Source: Occultella glacieicola (GTDB lineage: Bacteria > Actinomycetota > Actinomycetes > Actinomycetales > Beutenbergiaceae). From it: DNA of 64,000 bases. A model generated the notes under the pieces. That model searched no databases. It saw only the letters and a program-made list of their open reading frames with translations, and was not told where the DNA came from. A program made the position numbers and the translations under genes. Positions 28,780 to 38,311 of the stretch are shown here, one piece after another. The stretch lies in NCBI RefSeq assembly GCF_004353825.1, contig NZ_SMNA01000005.1:62001-126000 (forward strand), in the 5' to 3' direction. How positions within the stretch are numbered: position 1 is the stretch's first letter; each line of letters begins with the position of its first letter.

Positions 28780-29739
28780 ATGATCGAGGCCCACGGCCTG
28801 ACCAAGAAGTACGGCGACAAGACCGCCGTCAATGACATCTCCTTCACCGTCAATCCCGGCCGGGTGACCGGGTTCCTGGGACCCAACGGTGCCGGGAAGT
28901 CCACGACCATGCGGATGATCGTCGGCCTGGACCGGCCCACGCACGGTTCCGTGACCGTCAACGGCAAGCCCTACGTCCAGCACAAGGCCCCGTTGCGCGA
29001 GGTCGGGGCGCTGCTCGAGGCGAAGGCCGTGCACTCCGGCCGCAGCGCCACGAACCACCTGCGGGGACTCGCCGCGACCCACGGCATCTCCAAGGCCCGG
29101 GTCCAGGAGGTCATCGACATGACCGGCCTGGCCGCGGTGGCCGGCAAGCGCGTGGGCGGCTTCTCCCTCGGGATGGGCCAGCGTCTCGGGATCGCCGCGG
29201 CGATGCTCGGCGACCCGCGCACCCTGATCCTCGACGAGCCGGTCAACGGTCTCGACCCCGAGGGCGTGAAGTGGGTCCGCACGATGGTGCGCTACCTCGC
29301 CGACGAGGGTCGGACCGTGTTCCTCTCCTCGCACCTGATGAGCGAGATGGCGATCACCGCCGACGAGCTCATCGTGATCGGGCGCGGGCGCATCATCACC
29401 GCCGGGGCCGTGCAGGACGTGATCGACGCCGTGACCAAGTCGAGCGTGCGGGTCCGCTCCCCCCAGGCCGAGGATCTCGTGTCCCGGCTGCAGGGCGCGG
29501 ACGTCACCGTCACCTCCGTCGAACCGTCCCTGCTCGAGGTGCACGGACTGAGCGCCCAGCAGATCGGTGAGGCGGCCGCCGCCGGTGGGTTCGTCCTGCA
29601 CGAGCTGACCCCGCTGCGCGCCTCCCTCGAGGAGGCCTACATGACCCTGACCGCAGACGACGTGGAGTACCACTCCCACGGCGCCGGCGAGGAGACCGCT
29701 CCCGCCGTCGTCGCCGAGACCGAAGGGGCGAACCGATGA
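28780..29739 (+). CDS. ABC transporter ATP-binding protein (BcrA-like)
   Basis: GPNGAGKST, FSLGMGQRL, ILDEPVNGLDP, SSHLMSE. Confidence 0.93.
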   Translation: MIEAHGLTKKYGDKTAVNDISFTVNPGRVTGFLGPNGAGKSTTMRMIVGLDRPTHGSVTVNGKPYVQHKAPLREVGALLEAKAVHSGRSATNHLRGLAATHGISKARVQEVIDMTGLAAVAGKRVGGFSLGMGQRLGIAAAMLGDPRTLILDEPVNGLDPEGVKWVRTMVRYLADEGRTVFLSSHLMSEMAITADELIVIGRGRIITAGAVQDVIDAVTKSSVRVRSPQAEDLVSRLQGADVTVTSVEPSLLEVHGLSAQQIGEAAAAGGFVLHELTPLRASLEEAYMTLTADDVEYHSHGAGEETAPAVVAETEGANR

Positions 29740-30587
29740 CCGCCGCCACCGCCACCGTCGTGCCCGCGACCCCCACGGCCGCGAACGGCCACCACCTGAC
29801 CTTCGGGCGCATCCTGCGCTCGGAGTGGATCAAGTTCATCAGCCTGCGCTCGACCGTCTGGGTGGCGATCGTGACCGTCGCGGTCATGGTCGGCTTCAGC
29901 CTGCTGATGGGCTTCGGCATGACTCAGATCGTCCAGAACCCTGAGGCCATGGGAGGGGAGGCCAGCCTCGGAGGCACGGGCACCGTCATCGGCACCAGCG
30001 TGGCCGCGACCGGCTACTACTTCGGTCAGATCGTCGTGGCCGTTCTCGGCGTGCTGATCATCACCGGTGAGTACTCCACCGGGCAGATCAAGTCCACGCT
30101 CACGGCGGTGCCCACCCGGCTGCCGGTGATGGCCGCCAAGGGCGCCATCGTCGCGCTCACCTCCTTCGTGCTCGGCGCCGTCGGAGTGGCGATCTCGGTC
30201 CTGGTCACCACGCCGATGCTCTCCACCTACGACCTCCAGGTGGACCTGAGCGACTCCGCCAGCCTGCAGAGTCTGCTCGGCGTACCTCTGTACATGACCG
30301 CGATCGCCCTGTTCGCCTTCGGGATCGGCACGCTGCTGCGGCACGCTGCGGCCGGCATCGCGGCCGTCCTCGGGATGCTCCTGCTGCTGCCCATTCTCGG
30401 CACGATCCAGGTCCAGTGGATCCAGGACATCTCCCCGTACCTGTTGGGTGCGGCCGGCGAGCGGATCATCACCGGCGAGCAGGTCGGCGCGGTGCTGACC
30501 CCCTGGGAGGGCTTCGGAGTGCTCATGATCTGGGTGGTCGCCGCATTGGTGGCCGCCGCGGTGCTGCTGCGTAGGAGGGACGCCTGA
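29736..30587 (+). CDS. ABC-2 transporter permease
   Basis: SEWIKFISLRST, GEYSTGQI..TLTAVP.R, terminal RRDA. Confidence 0.9.
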   Translation: MTAATATVVPATPTAANGHHLTFGRILRSEWIKFISLRSTVWVAIVTVAVMVGFSLLMGFGMTQIVQNPEAMGGEASLGGTGTVIGTSVAATGYYFGQIVVAVLGVLIITGEYSTGQIKSTLTAVPTRLPVMAAKGAIVALTSFVLGAVGVAISVLVTTPMLSTYDLQVDLSDSASLQSLLGVPLYMTAIALFAFGIGTLLRHAAAGIAAVLGMLLLLPILGTIQVQWIQDISPYLLGAAGERIITGEQVGAVLTPWEGFGVLMIWVVAALVAAAVLLRRRDA

Positions 30588-30600
30588 GCACCGAGCGAGG

Positions 30601-30636
30601 GAAGGCGCCGGCGGGAGCGATCCCGCCGGCGCCTTC
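30601..30636 (+). terminator. Perfect 16-bp-stem hairpin after the permease
   Basis: GAAGGCGCCGGCGGGA-gcga-TCCCGCCGGCGCCTTC. Confidence 0.75.
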
Positions 30637-30652
30637 GGTTACGCCCGCGACC

Positions 30653-32026
30653 GTGGACGCTCCGTTCACCGAGCTGCATGCCCGCCGGCTCGGGCCGCTC
30701 CGGCGCTTCTTCGTGACCCACCCGGTTGCCATGGACTGGCTCCTGGTGGCCTGGTTCGTGATCCCGGGCCTGGTCACAGGGGCCTTCGTGGCCCAGTGGG
30801 CGTTGTACGGGGCGCTGGTCCTGGTGGGCGGCGCGACGCTGCTGTGGCGCCGGAGCCGGCCGCTGCTCTGCGTGGCGATCCTGACGGCGCTGAGCACGCT
30901 GAGCGTCGGCCTGACCGGTGGCACCGGCGGGTTCGAACTCGCGCTCGCGTTCGGGTGCTATGCGGTGGCCACCCTGCGCCCGCCGCGGGTCGCGTGGCTC
31001 ACCCTGATCTGCGTCAACGTGGCGACCTCCTCCGCACTGCTGCTCTGGAGCCGGCCCGAGGACCCCATGGAGATCGAGCCGGTCTCCGAGTTCCAGTTCG
31101 CCATCGTGAGCATGGTGCTGGTGGCCGGCTTCACCCTGGTCGGCCTCGCGATCGGTGCGAGCGTGCGGAGCCGGCGCGATCACCTGCAGCGGCTGCTCGA
31201 CCGGGCCAACCAGCTCGCGCTCGAGCGCGACCAGCGGGAACTGCTCGCCGCCGCCGCCGAGCGCACCCGGATCGCCCGGGAGATGCACGACGTCGTCGCG
31301 CACAGCCTGTCCGTCATGATCGCGCTCGCCGACGGCGCCGGCGCCAGCCTGAACAAGGCACCGGAGCGCAGCGCCGAGGCGCTGCGGGAGCTGTCCGGCA
31401 CCGGCCGGGCCGCCCTGGCGGACATGCGCCGCATCCTCGGCGTGCTCCGTGAGGACCCGATGGAACGGACCCCGGCCGAGCCATCGGATCCGTCCGGGAG
31501 GCCGGGAGCATCGGCCCCGGGTGCCGATCAGGCCGACCGAACCGCTCAGGCCGACCGAACCGCTCAGGCCGGTCAGGCCGGTCAGGCCGGTTCCGACCGC
31601 GACTCCGGTGCGCTGCCGATGGCCCCACAACCGGGCGCCCCCGCGCTGAGCGACCTGGTGGCGAGGTTCCGCGCCACCGGGCTGCCGGTGCACCTGACGT
31701 TCACCGGCCCGGCCCTCCCCGACGACGCCGGGCTGCAGCTGACCGTGTACCGGATCGTCCAGGAGGGCCTGACCAACGTGCTCCGGCACGCCCCGGGCGC
31801 CTCCTACATCTCGGCCACGATCGCGCGACGCGACAACGCGGTCACGGTCAGCGTGCGCAATGATGCCGGAAGCGGCCAGGCGGGACCGGCCGGCAGCGGC
31901 AAGGGGTTGGTCGGGATGCGCGAGCGTGCCGCCGTCTACGACGGGACCGTGGAAGCGGGCCCCGACGCGGGCGGCTGGCGGCTACGCGCCGTGCTGCACT
32001 TCGAGCGGAAGGACGAGGAGTCATGA
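30653..32026 (+). CDS. Sensor histidine kinase (HisKA_3)
   Basis: TM sensor, ERTRIAREMHDVVAHSLS, YRIVQEGLTNVLRH, GKGLVGMRER. Confidence 0.93.
   Translation: MDAPFTELHARRLGPLRRFFVTHPVAMDWLLVAWFVIPGLVTGAFVAQWALYGALVLVGGATLLWRRSRPLLCVAILTALSTLSVGLTGGTGGFELALAFGCYAVATLRPPRVAWLTLICVNVATSSALLLWSRPEDPMEIEPVSEFQFAIVSMVLVAGFTLVGLAIGASVRSRRDHLQRLLDRANQLALERDQRELLAAAAERTRIAREMHDVVAHSLSVMIALADGAGASLNKAPERSAEALRELSGTGRAALADMRRILGVLREDPMERTPAEPSDPSGRPGASAPGADQADRTAQADRTAQAGQAGQAGSDRDSGALPMAPQPGAPALSDLVARFRATGLPVHLTFTGPALPDDAGLQLTVYRIVQEGLTNVLRHAPGASYISATIARRDNAVTVSVRNDAGSGQAGPAGSGKGLVGMRERAAVYDGTVEAGPDAGGWRLRAVLHFERKDEES
31529..31591 (+). repeat. In-frame tandem repeats in the kinase linker
   Basis: CAGGCCGACCGAACCGCT x2 followed by CAGGCCGGT x3. 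Confidence 0.85.
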
Positions 32027-32712
32027 CGGGGATCTCGGTGCTGCTGGTCGACGACCAGTCGCTGCTGCGGATGGGGTTCCGCCTCGTCCTCGAGGCGGAG
32101 GACGACATCACGGTCGTCGGGGAGGCATCCGACGGCGCAGCCGGGGTCGGTATGACCCGCTCGCTCCGCCCGGACGTGGTGCTCATGGACGTCCGGATGC
32201 CGGGCGTGAACGGCATCGAGGCGACCACGACCATCGTCGCCGAGCACCCGGACACGAAAGTGATCATCCTCACCACGTTCGACCTCGACGAGTACGCGTT
32301 CGCGGGACTGCGCGCCGGTGCGAGTGGGTTCCTGCTCAAGGACACCGAGCCGGCCGAGCTCGTCGCCGCGATCCGAACCGTGGCCTCCGGGGACGCCGTG
32401 GTCTCCCCCCGGATCACGCGGCGAATGCTCGAGATGTTCGCCACCCAGATGCCGGAGGGGTCCGCCTCCGACTCCCCCACGGCCGCCGCCGGCGCCGCCG
32501 CCGGGCCCCTCTCGGAGCTCACCCATCGCGAACACGAGGTGCTCCTGGCCATCGCCGAGGGCCTGTCCAACGGGGAGATCGCCGAACGACTGTTCGTGTC
32601 GGAGGCGACAGTCAAGACTCATGTAGGTAAAGTGCTGGCGAAACTGGGGCTGCGCGATCGCGTCCAGGCAGTTGTCTACGCCTACGAGACCGGCTTGATC
32701 CGTCCCGCCTGA
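32023..32712 (+). CDS. NarL/LuxR-family response regulator
   Basis: LVDDQ, DVVLMDVRMP, GFLLKD, LTHREHEVL..ATVKTHV. Confidence 0.95.
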   Translation: MTGISVLLVDDQSLLRMGFRLVLEAEDDITVVGEASDGAAGVGMTRSLRPDVVLMDVRMPGVNGIEATTTIVAEHPDTKVIILTTFDLDEYAFAGLRAGASGFLLKDTEPAELVAAIRTVASGDAVVSPRITRRMLEMFATQMPEGSASDSPTAAAGAAAGPLSELTHREHEVLLAIAEGLSNGEIAERLFVSEATVKTHVGKVLAKLGLRDRVQAVVYAYETGLIRPA

Positions 32713-32746
32713 TCAGAAACCGAGTGGCAGTTGCGGAAGGACATCG

Positions 32747-33295
32747 ATGAGTGAGGAGTCCCGGCGGGGACCGGTGGGTGTGCGCGAGGCCGGTCCTGAG
32801 GACTCCGAGTTCCTTGTGGACATGCTCCTCGAGGCGTTCAACTGGAGCGGCGAGGAGCGGTTCACCCGCAAGCAGATCCTGAAGGACAAGTCGACCTCGC
32901 TGTATGTGGCCGGCTGGCAGCGGGCCGGGGACATCGGCGTGATCGCCGTCGACCTGGCCGGCCCAAGTGGCCTGCAGATACCGATCGGCGCCGCGTGGCT
33001 GCGTCAGTTCCCGGCCCGGAACCCCGGTTACGGCTTCGTCGCCGAGGACGTGCCGGAGTTGTCGATGGCGGTCGTGCCGCACCAGCGCGGCCGCGGCATC
33101 GGCACCGGTCTGGTCCGTTCCTTGATGAACCGGGCGCGGGACCAGGGCATCCGCAGGATCAGCCTGAGCGTCGAGGACGGCAACCCGGCGATGCGGCTGT
33201 ACTCCTCGCTCGGCTTCGTCGAGGTCGGACGCAACCAGAACGCCGCGACGATGGTGGTCTCGCTCGACTCCCCCGCTCAGGCCGTCGGGAAGTAG
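32747..33295 (+). CDS. GNAT-family N-acetyltransferase
   Basis: PELSMAVVPHQRGRGIG, SLSVEDGNPAMRLYSSLGF. Confidence 0.9.
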   Translation: MSEESRRGPVGVREAGPEDSEFLVDMLLEAFNWSGEERFTRKQILKDKSTSLYVAGWQRAGDIGVIAVDLAGPSGLQIPIGAAWLRQFPARNPGYGFVAEDVPELSMAVVPHQRGRGIGTGLVRSLMNRARDQGIRRISLSVEDGNPAMRLYSSLGFVEVGRNQNAATMVVSLDSPAQAVGK

Positions 33296-34194
33296 ACCAC
33301 CCGCGGGTCCTCGCCCAGGACCACGTCGAACCTGCCGATCACCTGGTTCGAGTCGCCCACGATGTACACGACGTGGGTATCACCGGCCCGCTCCTGCGGC
33401 AGTTCGAGCACGTAGTGACGGCCCGCGGCCGCGGCCACCGAGGCGAACACGGCCAGTTCGGTGTCGCTCGCGTTGACGCCTCCGCTGAACTGCTCGAGCG
33501 CCTCCCATTCCTCGTTCAGGGCCAGCCTCAGGAACCGGTCCACGGCCCCGGTCGGTGACCCCAGCCCGGCACCGGAGTCCCTGACCACGTCGGTGCCGTC
33601 ACGCTCGACGGCCCACACCGCCGTCAGCCCGTCCGCGCCCCAGCCGACCAGGAACTCGACCTCGGCCTCACGGGTGGCCCCGCCGCGTTGGGTGATGGTG
33701 GTGACCAGGTCGACGGTGGCGACCGGCCGGTCGTGCTCCGTGCCGACGACCGTGGCGTCGGTGACCTCGATGCGCACGCCGGTCGGCGTTCGCGGCGACT
33801 GCTCGGCGAGGTGGGCCAGTTCCGCGCCGGTCGCGGCCGCGAAGGCCTCCACCTGGCCGCCGAGGGAGAGTGCCTCGTCCAGTTCCGCGACGGCGACGGT
33901 GCCGGTGGCGTCCGCCGAGATGATGGTGGTCGCGTCGGGATCCCCGATCAGGAATGCGCCGTACAACTCCGTCAGCAGGGTCTGCAGGTCGGCGGCCGCG
34001 CCGTCCGGGTCGACGGCCGGGCTGGGCGCGGGGCCGAGCGTGACGGCCGGCGAGTTCGCGCAGCCGCTCAGTGTCGCGAGTGCGGCGAGCACCGCGGCGG
34101 CCAGGATCATGGGGACCGCGCGGCGCCCGCGGTGCGCGCCGATCCGCGTGGGGCGGCCCACAGTGCGGGAGTGCGACCTGCCCCTGCGACCCAT
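33277..34194 (-). CDS. Hypothetical lipoprotein
   Basis: Basic N-region, hydrophobic stretch and lipobox LSGC; start 34194 or 34110. Confidence 0.65.
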   Translation of the reverse strand: MGRRGRSHSRTVGRPTRIGAHRGRRAVPMILAAAVLAALATLSGCANSPAVTLGPAPSPAVDPDGAAADLQTLLTELYGAFLIGDPDATTIISADATGTVAVAELDEALSLGGQVEAFAAATGAELAHLAEQSPRTPTGVRIEVTDATVVGTEHDRPVATVDLVTTITQRGGATREAEVEFLVGWGADGLTAVWAVERDGTDVVRDSGAGLGSPTGAVDRFLRLALNEEWEALEQFSGGVNASDTELAVFASVAAAAGRHYVLELPQERAGDTHVVYIVGDSNQVIGRFDVVLGEDPRVVYFPTA

Positions 34195-34302
34195 CGGCGC
34201 TCTCCCCCATATGATCGGACGCGTCGCCGGCGGACGCGCGAGGCCAATGTAGTCCGTCCGTCGGCCGGTTCGAGACGACAGACAAGTTCCCGGGGGAGGT
34301 AC

Positions 34303-35823
34303 ATGACCGAGCAGCGGACTCCACCACCTCCCGAGATCCCCGGCTACGTGTACAAGTATCCGATCGGGCACGGCGGTTTCTCCGACGTCTACCTGTACGA
34401 GCAGCTCATGCCACGCCGGGACGTGGCGATCAAGGTGCTCCGAACCGACGCACTCACCGACGGCAGCCGACGCCAGTTCAGCGCCGAGGCCAATCTCATG
34501 GCCCGGCTGTCCAACCACACCAACATCGCCTCGATCTACTCCTCGGACGTGGACGGCGACGGCCAGCCGTACCTGGTGATGGAGTACTGCTCGGGTGGCA
34601 GCCTCGGGGAGCACTACCGGAACTTCCCGCTGTCGGTGAAGGACGTGCTGACGCTCGGGGTACGCCTGAGCGGCGCCCTCGAGGCGGCGCACCGCGCCGG
34701 GATCGTCCATCGCGACATCAAACCGGCGAACATCCTGCTGACCGAGTACGGCGTGCCGGTGCTCTCGGACTTCGGGATCTCCACGATCGACGAGGACTTC
34801 CCCGGCGCCACCGTCGCGCGGGCCCAGGTGTACGCCACGGTCGGCGGACCCTCCGTCGAGGCGTCGGACTCCATCGGGCTGAGCCTGCCCTGGGCAGCCC
34901 CCGAGACCCTCGCCGAGCCGCCCACGTCGGACACCCGCTCGGACCGGTACGCGCTCGCCGCCACGTTGTACTCGCTGTTGGAGGGCCGGTCCCCGCACGA
35001 GGTGCCGGGTGGCCCGAACGGAGCCTCGCACCTGACCGGGCGCATCACGACCGGTTTCGTGGCGCAGATGCAACGTCCCGACGTGCCCGGCTCACTGCGT
35101 GCGCTGCTGCGCCGCGGTCTGTCCTACGACCCGGACGCGCGCTTCGACAGTTCGATCGAGATGGGTCGGGCGTTGCAGGACGTGCAGCGCGAACTCGGCC
35201 ACGAGGTCACCCCGCTCGAGGTGCCGAAGGGAGCGACCCCGGCACCGGAGCCCCCGGACCCCGGTGAGACCCGGGTGCGGCCGCGAGCCAGGCACGAGGT
35301 GGTGCGGATGCCGGTGCCCGAGGGCCACCTGACGCTCGCGCCCGGCGAGGAAGTGCCGCCGCCCGGCCAGGCTCCGACCGGTCCCGGACCGCTCCCCACC
35401 CCACCGCGGCGCGAGTCCACACCGCCGCACCCGGCCGGCCGGGTGCCGTCGGCGGATCCGGTCGCACCGGTGGTGCCGCCGCCCCCGGCGGCCCCGTACG
35501 GCTACGGCGCACCGGGAGCCACGCCACCGGCCCAGCGCCCGCTCTACCAGCAACGGCCCGCACCCGGCCCACGGGGTTCGTTCGGGCAGTCCTCGGGCGA
35601 GTACCGCGGCGGGTTCGTCGGCGCCCCGTCCCGCGGGCGGGGCCGGATCGTGCTGGTCATCCTCGGCATCGTGCTGCTCGCCGCCGCGATCGCCCTCGCA
35701 TCCTGGTGGCTGAACCGGCCCGACGGCCAGGGCGGCTCCGACGGCGGCTCCCTCGACCACGTGATCGTCGCCCAGGAGGCCGGTCCCGGGCCCGCCGGAA
35801 GGGACGTCATCACCCGGGCGTGA
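34303..35823 (+). CDS. Hanks-type Ser/Thr protein kinase, membrane-anchored
   Basis: IGHGGFSDVY, VAIK, HRDIKPANIL, SDFG, WAAPE; Pro-rich linker and C-terminal TM. Confidence 0.93.
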   Translation: MTEQRTPPPPEIPGYVYKYPIGHGGFSDVYLYEQLMPRRDVAIKVLRTDALTDGSRRQFSAEANLMARLSNHTNIASIYSSDVDGDGQPYLVMEYCSGGSLGEHYRNFPLSVKDVLTLGVRLSGALEAAHRAGIVHRDIKPANILLTEYGVPVLSDFGISTIDEDFPGATVARAQVYATVGGPSVEASDSIGLSLPWAAPETLAEPPTSDTRSDRYALAATLYSLLEGRSPHEVPGGPNGASHLTGRITTGFVAQMQRPDVPGSLRALLRRGLSYDPDARFDSSIEMGRALQDVQRELGHEVTPLEVPKGATPAPEPPDPGETRVRPRARHEVVRMPVPEGHLTLAPGEEVPPPGQAPTGPGPLPTPPRRESTPPHPAGRVPSADPVAPVVPPPPAAPYGYGAPGATPPAQRPLYQQRPAPGPRGSFGQSSGEYRGGFVGAPSRGRGRIVLVILGIVLLAAAIALASWWLNRPDGQGGSDGGSLDHVIVAQEAGPGPAGRDVITRA

Positions 35824-35842
35824 GCCGCGGGGCCGCGCTGGG

Positions 35843-35916
35843 TGCCCCCACAGGGACTCGAACCCTGACTGTGCCGATTTTAAGTCGGCTGCCTCTGCCG
35901 ATTGGGCTATGGGGGC
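35843..35916 (-). tRNA. tRNA-Leu(UAA), short variable arm
   Basis: GCCCCCATAGCCCAATCGGCAGAGGCAGCCGACTTAAAATCGGCACAGTCAGGGTTCGAGTCCCTGTGGGGGCA; anticodon loop CTTAAAA; T-loop TTCGAGT. Confidence 0.93.
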
Positions 35917-36000
35917 CGACGGCTCACGCGAGTCTATCCGCGCGCCCGCGCGGTCCCCGGGGCCCGTCGGACGCGCGCTACCGGCCCTGCCGAAGCCCCG

Positions 36001-37389
36001 CTACTTGCCCGCCGGGGCCCGCTTCGCGGCACTCGCGGCCGCGGCCTCGAAGGCCTCCCGTGGGGTCTGTAGGCTGCCGAGGGCGACCATCTCGCGGTTG
36101 AACACCAGCGCCGCCGTCCAGTCCAGGACGATGCGGGCCTTGCGGTTCAGGGTCGGCATCGCCCACATGTGGTACGTGCGGTGCATGAACCAGGCCACCG
36201 GCCCCCGGAACTTGATCCCGAAGATCTGCGCGACGCCCTTGTACAGGCCGAGCGAGGCGACCGTGCCGATGTTCTTGTGCGAGTACTCCTCGAGCGGCAC
36301 GCCGGTGAGGTGACGCACGATGTTGTCGCCGAGGTGGCGGGACTGCCGGACGGCGTGCTGCGCGGTGGGAGCGCAGAACGTGCCGGGTTCACCGGTCGAG
36401 AGGTCCGGCACGGCCGCGTTGTCGCCCGCGGTCCAGGCGCCCTCGACCACGGTCCCGTCGGGGTTCGCAACCTGGAGCGTGGGCAGGGCCCGGACCCGCC
36501 CGGTCTCGTCGAGCGGGAGGTCGGAGCCGGTCAGGACCGGGTTCGCCTTCACCCCGGCGGTCCAGACGAGTGTGTCCGAGTCGAACTCGTCCCCGTCGGA
36601 GCACACGATGTGGTGGTCGACGGCGGAGTTCAGGAACGTGGCGAGCTTGATCTCGATGCCGCGCTTGCGCAGCTGCTCGAGCGCGTACCCGCCCAGTTCC
36701 TCGCCCAGCTCGGGCAGGATCCGGTGCGCGCCCTCGATGAGCACGAACCGCACGTCCTTCATCCGGATCGAGTCGAAGTCCTTGACGGCCTGGCGCACCA
36801 TGTCCTCGACCTCGGCGATCGCCTCGATCCCGGCGAACCCGCCACCGACGAAGGTGAACGTGAGCATCCGCCTGCGGGCCTCGGGGTCCCAGGTGGAGGC
36901 GGCGACGTCGAGCTTGTTCAGGACCCGGTTGCGCAGTGAGATGGCCTCCTCGATCTGCTTGAAGCCGATCCCGTTCTCGGCCAGGCCGGGGATCGGCAGC
37001 ACCCGGGCGACCGCCCCGAGCGCGACCACGACGTGGTCGTAGGAGACCTCGTAGGGTTCGCCCTCGGTGGGGTTGATGGTGGCGCGCCGGTTCGCGTGGT
37101 CGATGGCCGCCACGGAACCGGAGAGCAGCGTGCTGCCCCGGAGCAGACGTCGGTGCGGTGCGACCACGTGGCGTGGCTCGAGCGAGCCCGCCGCGGCCTC
37201 CGGCAGGAACGGCTGATAGGTCATGTACGGCCGCGGGTCCACCATCACGATGGCGGCCTCGCGCCGGCCGAGCCGTTTGCGGATCTGCATCGCCGTGTAC
37301 AGGCCCACGTAGCCGCCGCCCAGGATCAGGATCCTGGGAACCTTGCGGGTCCGGCCGGACGCGGACGTGAACGCGGGCATCGTGGTCAT
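36001..37389 (-). CDS. NAD(P)/FAD-dependent oxidoreductase (type II NADH dehydrogenase family)
   Basis: ILGGGYVG, YQPFLPEAAAG, VGGGFAGIE, WTAGV, PTAQHA. Confidence 0.9.
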   Translation of the reverse strand: MTTMPAFTSASGRTRKVPRILILGGGYVGLYTAMQIRKRLGRREAAIVMVDPRPYMTYQPFLPEAAAGSLEPRHVVAPHRRLLRGSTLLSGSVAAIDHANRRATINPTEGEPYEVSYDHVVVALGAVARVLPIPGLAENGIGFKQIEEAISLRNRVLNKLDVAASTWDPEARRRMLTFTFVGGGFAGIEAIAEVEDMVRQAVKDFDSIRMKDVRFVLIEGAHRILPELGEELGGYALEQLRKRGIEIKLATFLNSAVDHHIVCSDGDEFDSDTLVWTAGVKANPVLTGSDLPLDETGRVRALPTLQVANPDGTVVEGAWTAGDNAAVPDLSTGEPGTFCAPTAQHAVRQSRHLGDNIVRHLTGVPLEEYSHKNIGTVASLGLYKGVAQIFGIKFRGPVAWFMHRTYHMWAMPTLNRKARIVLDWTAALVFNREMVALGSLQTPREAFEAAAASAAKRAPAGK

Positions 37390-37398
37390 GCGATCACC

Positions 37399-38295
37399 TT
37401 AGAGCGGATGTCCCTCGCCGGCAGTGTGTGATTGCGCACGGGTGGCGCCGTCCCGACAGCGTGCCAGTACGTCGTCGAGCATGGCCTCGGTGAGCCGTCC
37501 GGTGAAGGTGTTCTGCTGGGAGACGTGGTAGCTGCCGACCACGGCGAGCTCGCGTCCGGTGACCGGGGTGGTCACCGCAACGGTGACCCCGTGCCCGAAC
37601 GCCGGTCGCGGTCTGGGGATCCCCCAGCCGAGCCGCGCCAGCGCCGCGAACGTGGCCTGCCAGGCGATCCCGCCGAGGGCGAGGATCGAGGTGAGACCGT
37701 CGGCGAGAAGGTCGAGCTCGCGGTGCAGCCACGGCGCGCAGGCGTGCTTCTCCTCGGGGATCGGCTTGTTGTCCGGCGGTGCGCAGCGCACGGTCGCGAC
37801 CATGCGTGCCCCGTGCAGCTCGAGCCCGTCCCCGGCGGCGACCGACGTGCCCTGGGTCGCGTAGCCCGCCCGGTGCAGGGCGGCGAAGATCCAGTCGCCG
37901 GACCGGTCGCCGGTGAACATCCGCCCGGTGCGGTTCGCCCCGTGCGCGGCCGGTGCCAACCCGACGATCAGTAGGGTCGGGTCCGGGTCACCGAAGCTCG
38001 CGGCCGGGCGACCCCAGTAGGGCTGGTCGGCGAACGCCCGGCGCTTCGTGCGGGCCACGTCCTCACGCCAGGACACCAGCCGGGGGCACGCGGAGCAGAC
38101 GCTGCTGCGGGCATCGACCTGGGCGAGGGTGGCCTGCTCGGCGAGCCGCGCGACCTCGGCGGGCGTGCCGGCCCGCGGGGTCCGCACCGTGGCCGGATCA
38201 CCCGGCCAGCCGGACCCGGGCGGGACCGGGGATACGAACGGCTCACCGGTGAGCGGGTGGGGCAGGGCGTCGCCCGCCCGCCCGGTGGTGCTCAC
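37399..38295 (-). CDS. Uracil-DNA glycosylase, family 5 (UdgB-like)
   Basis: CSACPRL Fe-S motif, GLAPAAHGANRTGRMFTGD, RCAPPDNKP, YHVSQQNTFTG. Confidence 0.92.
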   Translation of the reverse strand: MSTTGRAGDALPHPLTGEPFVSPVPPGSGWPGDPATVRTPRAGTPAEVARLAEQATLAQVDARSSVCSACPRLVSWREDVARTKRRAFADQPYWGRPAASFGDPDPTLLIVGLAPAAHGANRTGRMFTGDRSGDWIFAALHRAGYATQGTSVAAGDGLELHGARMVATVRCAPPDNKPIPEEKHACAPWLHRELDLLADGLTSILALGGIAWQATFAALARLGWGIPRPRPAFGHGVTVAVTTPVTGRELAVVGSYHVSQQNTFTGRLTEAMLDDVLARCRDGATRAQSHTAGEGHPL

Positions 38296-38311
38296 CGCTG
38301 TCTCGCCCAGC

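Noticed and set aside
35823..35920. tRNA-Leu as integration site of a genomic island
   Set aside because: No integrase and no duplicate of the tRNA 3' end noticed in the window.
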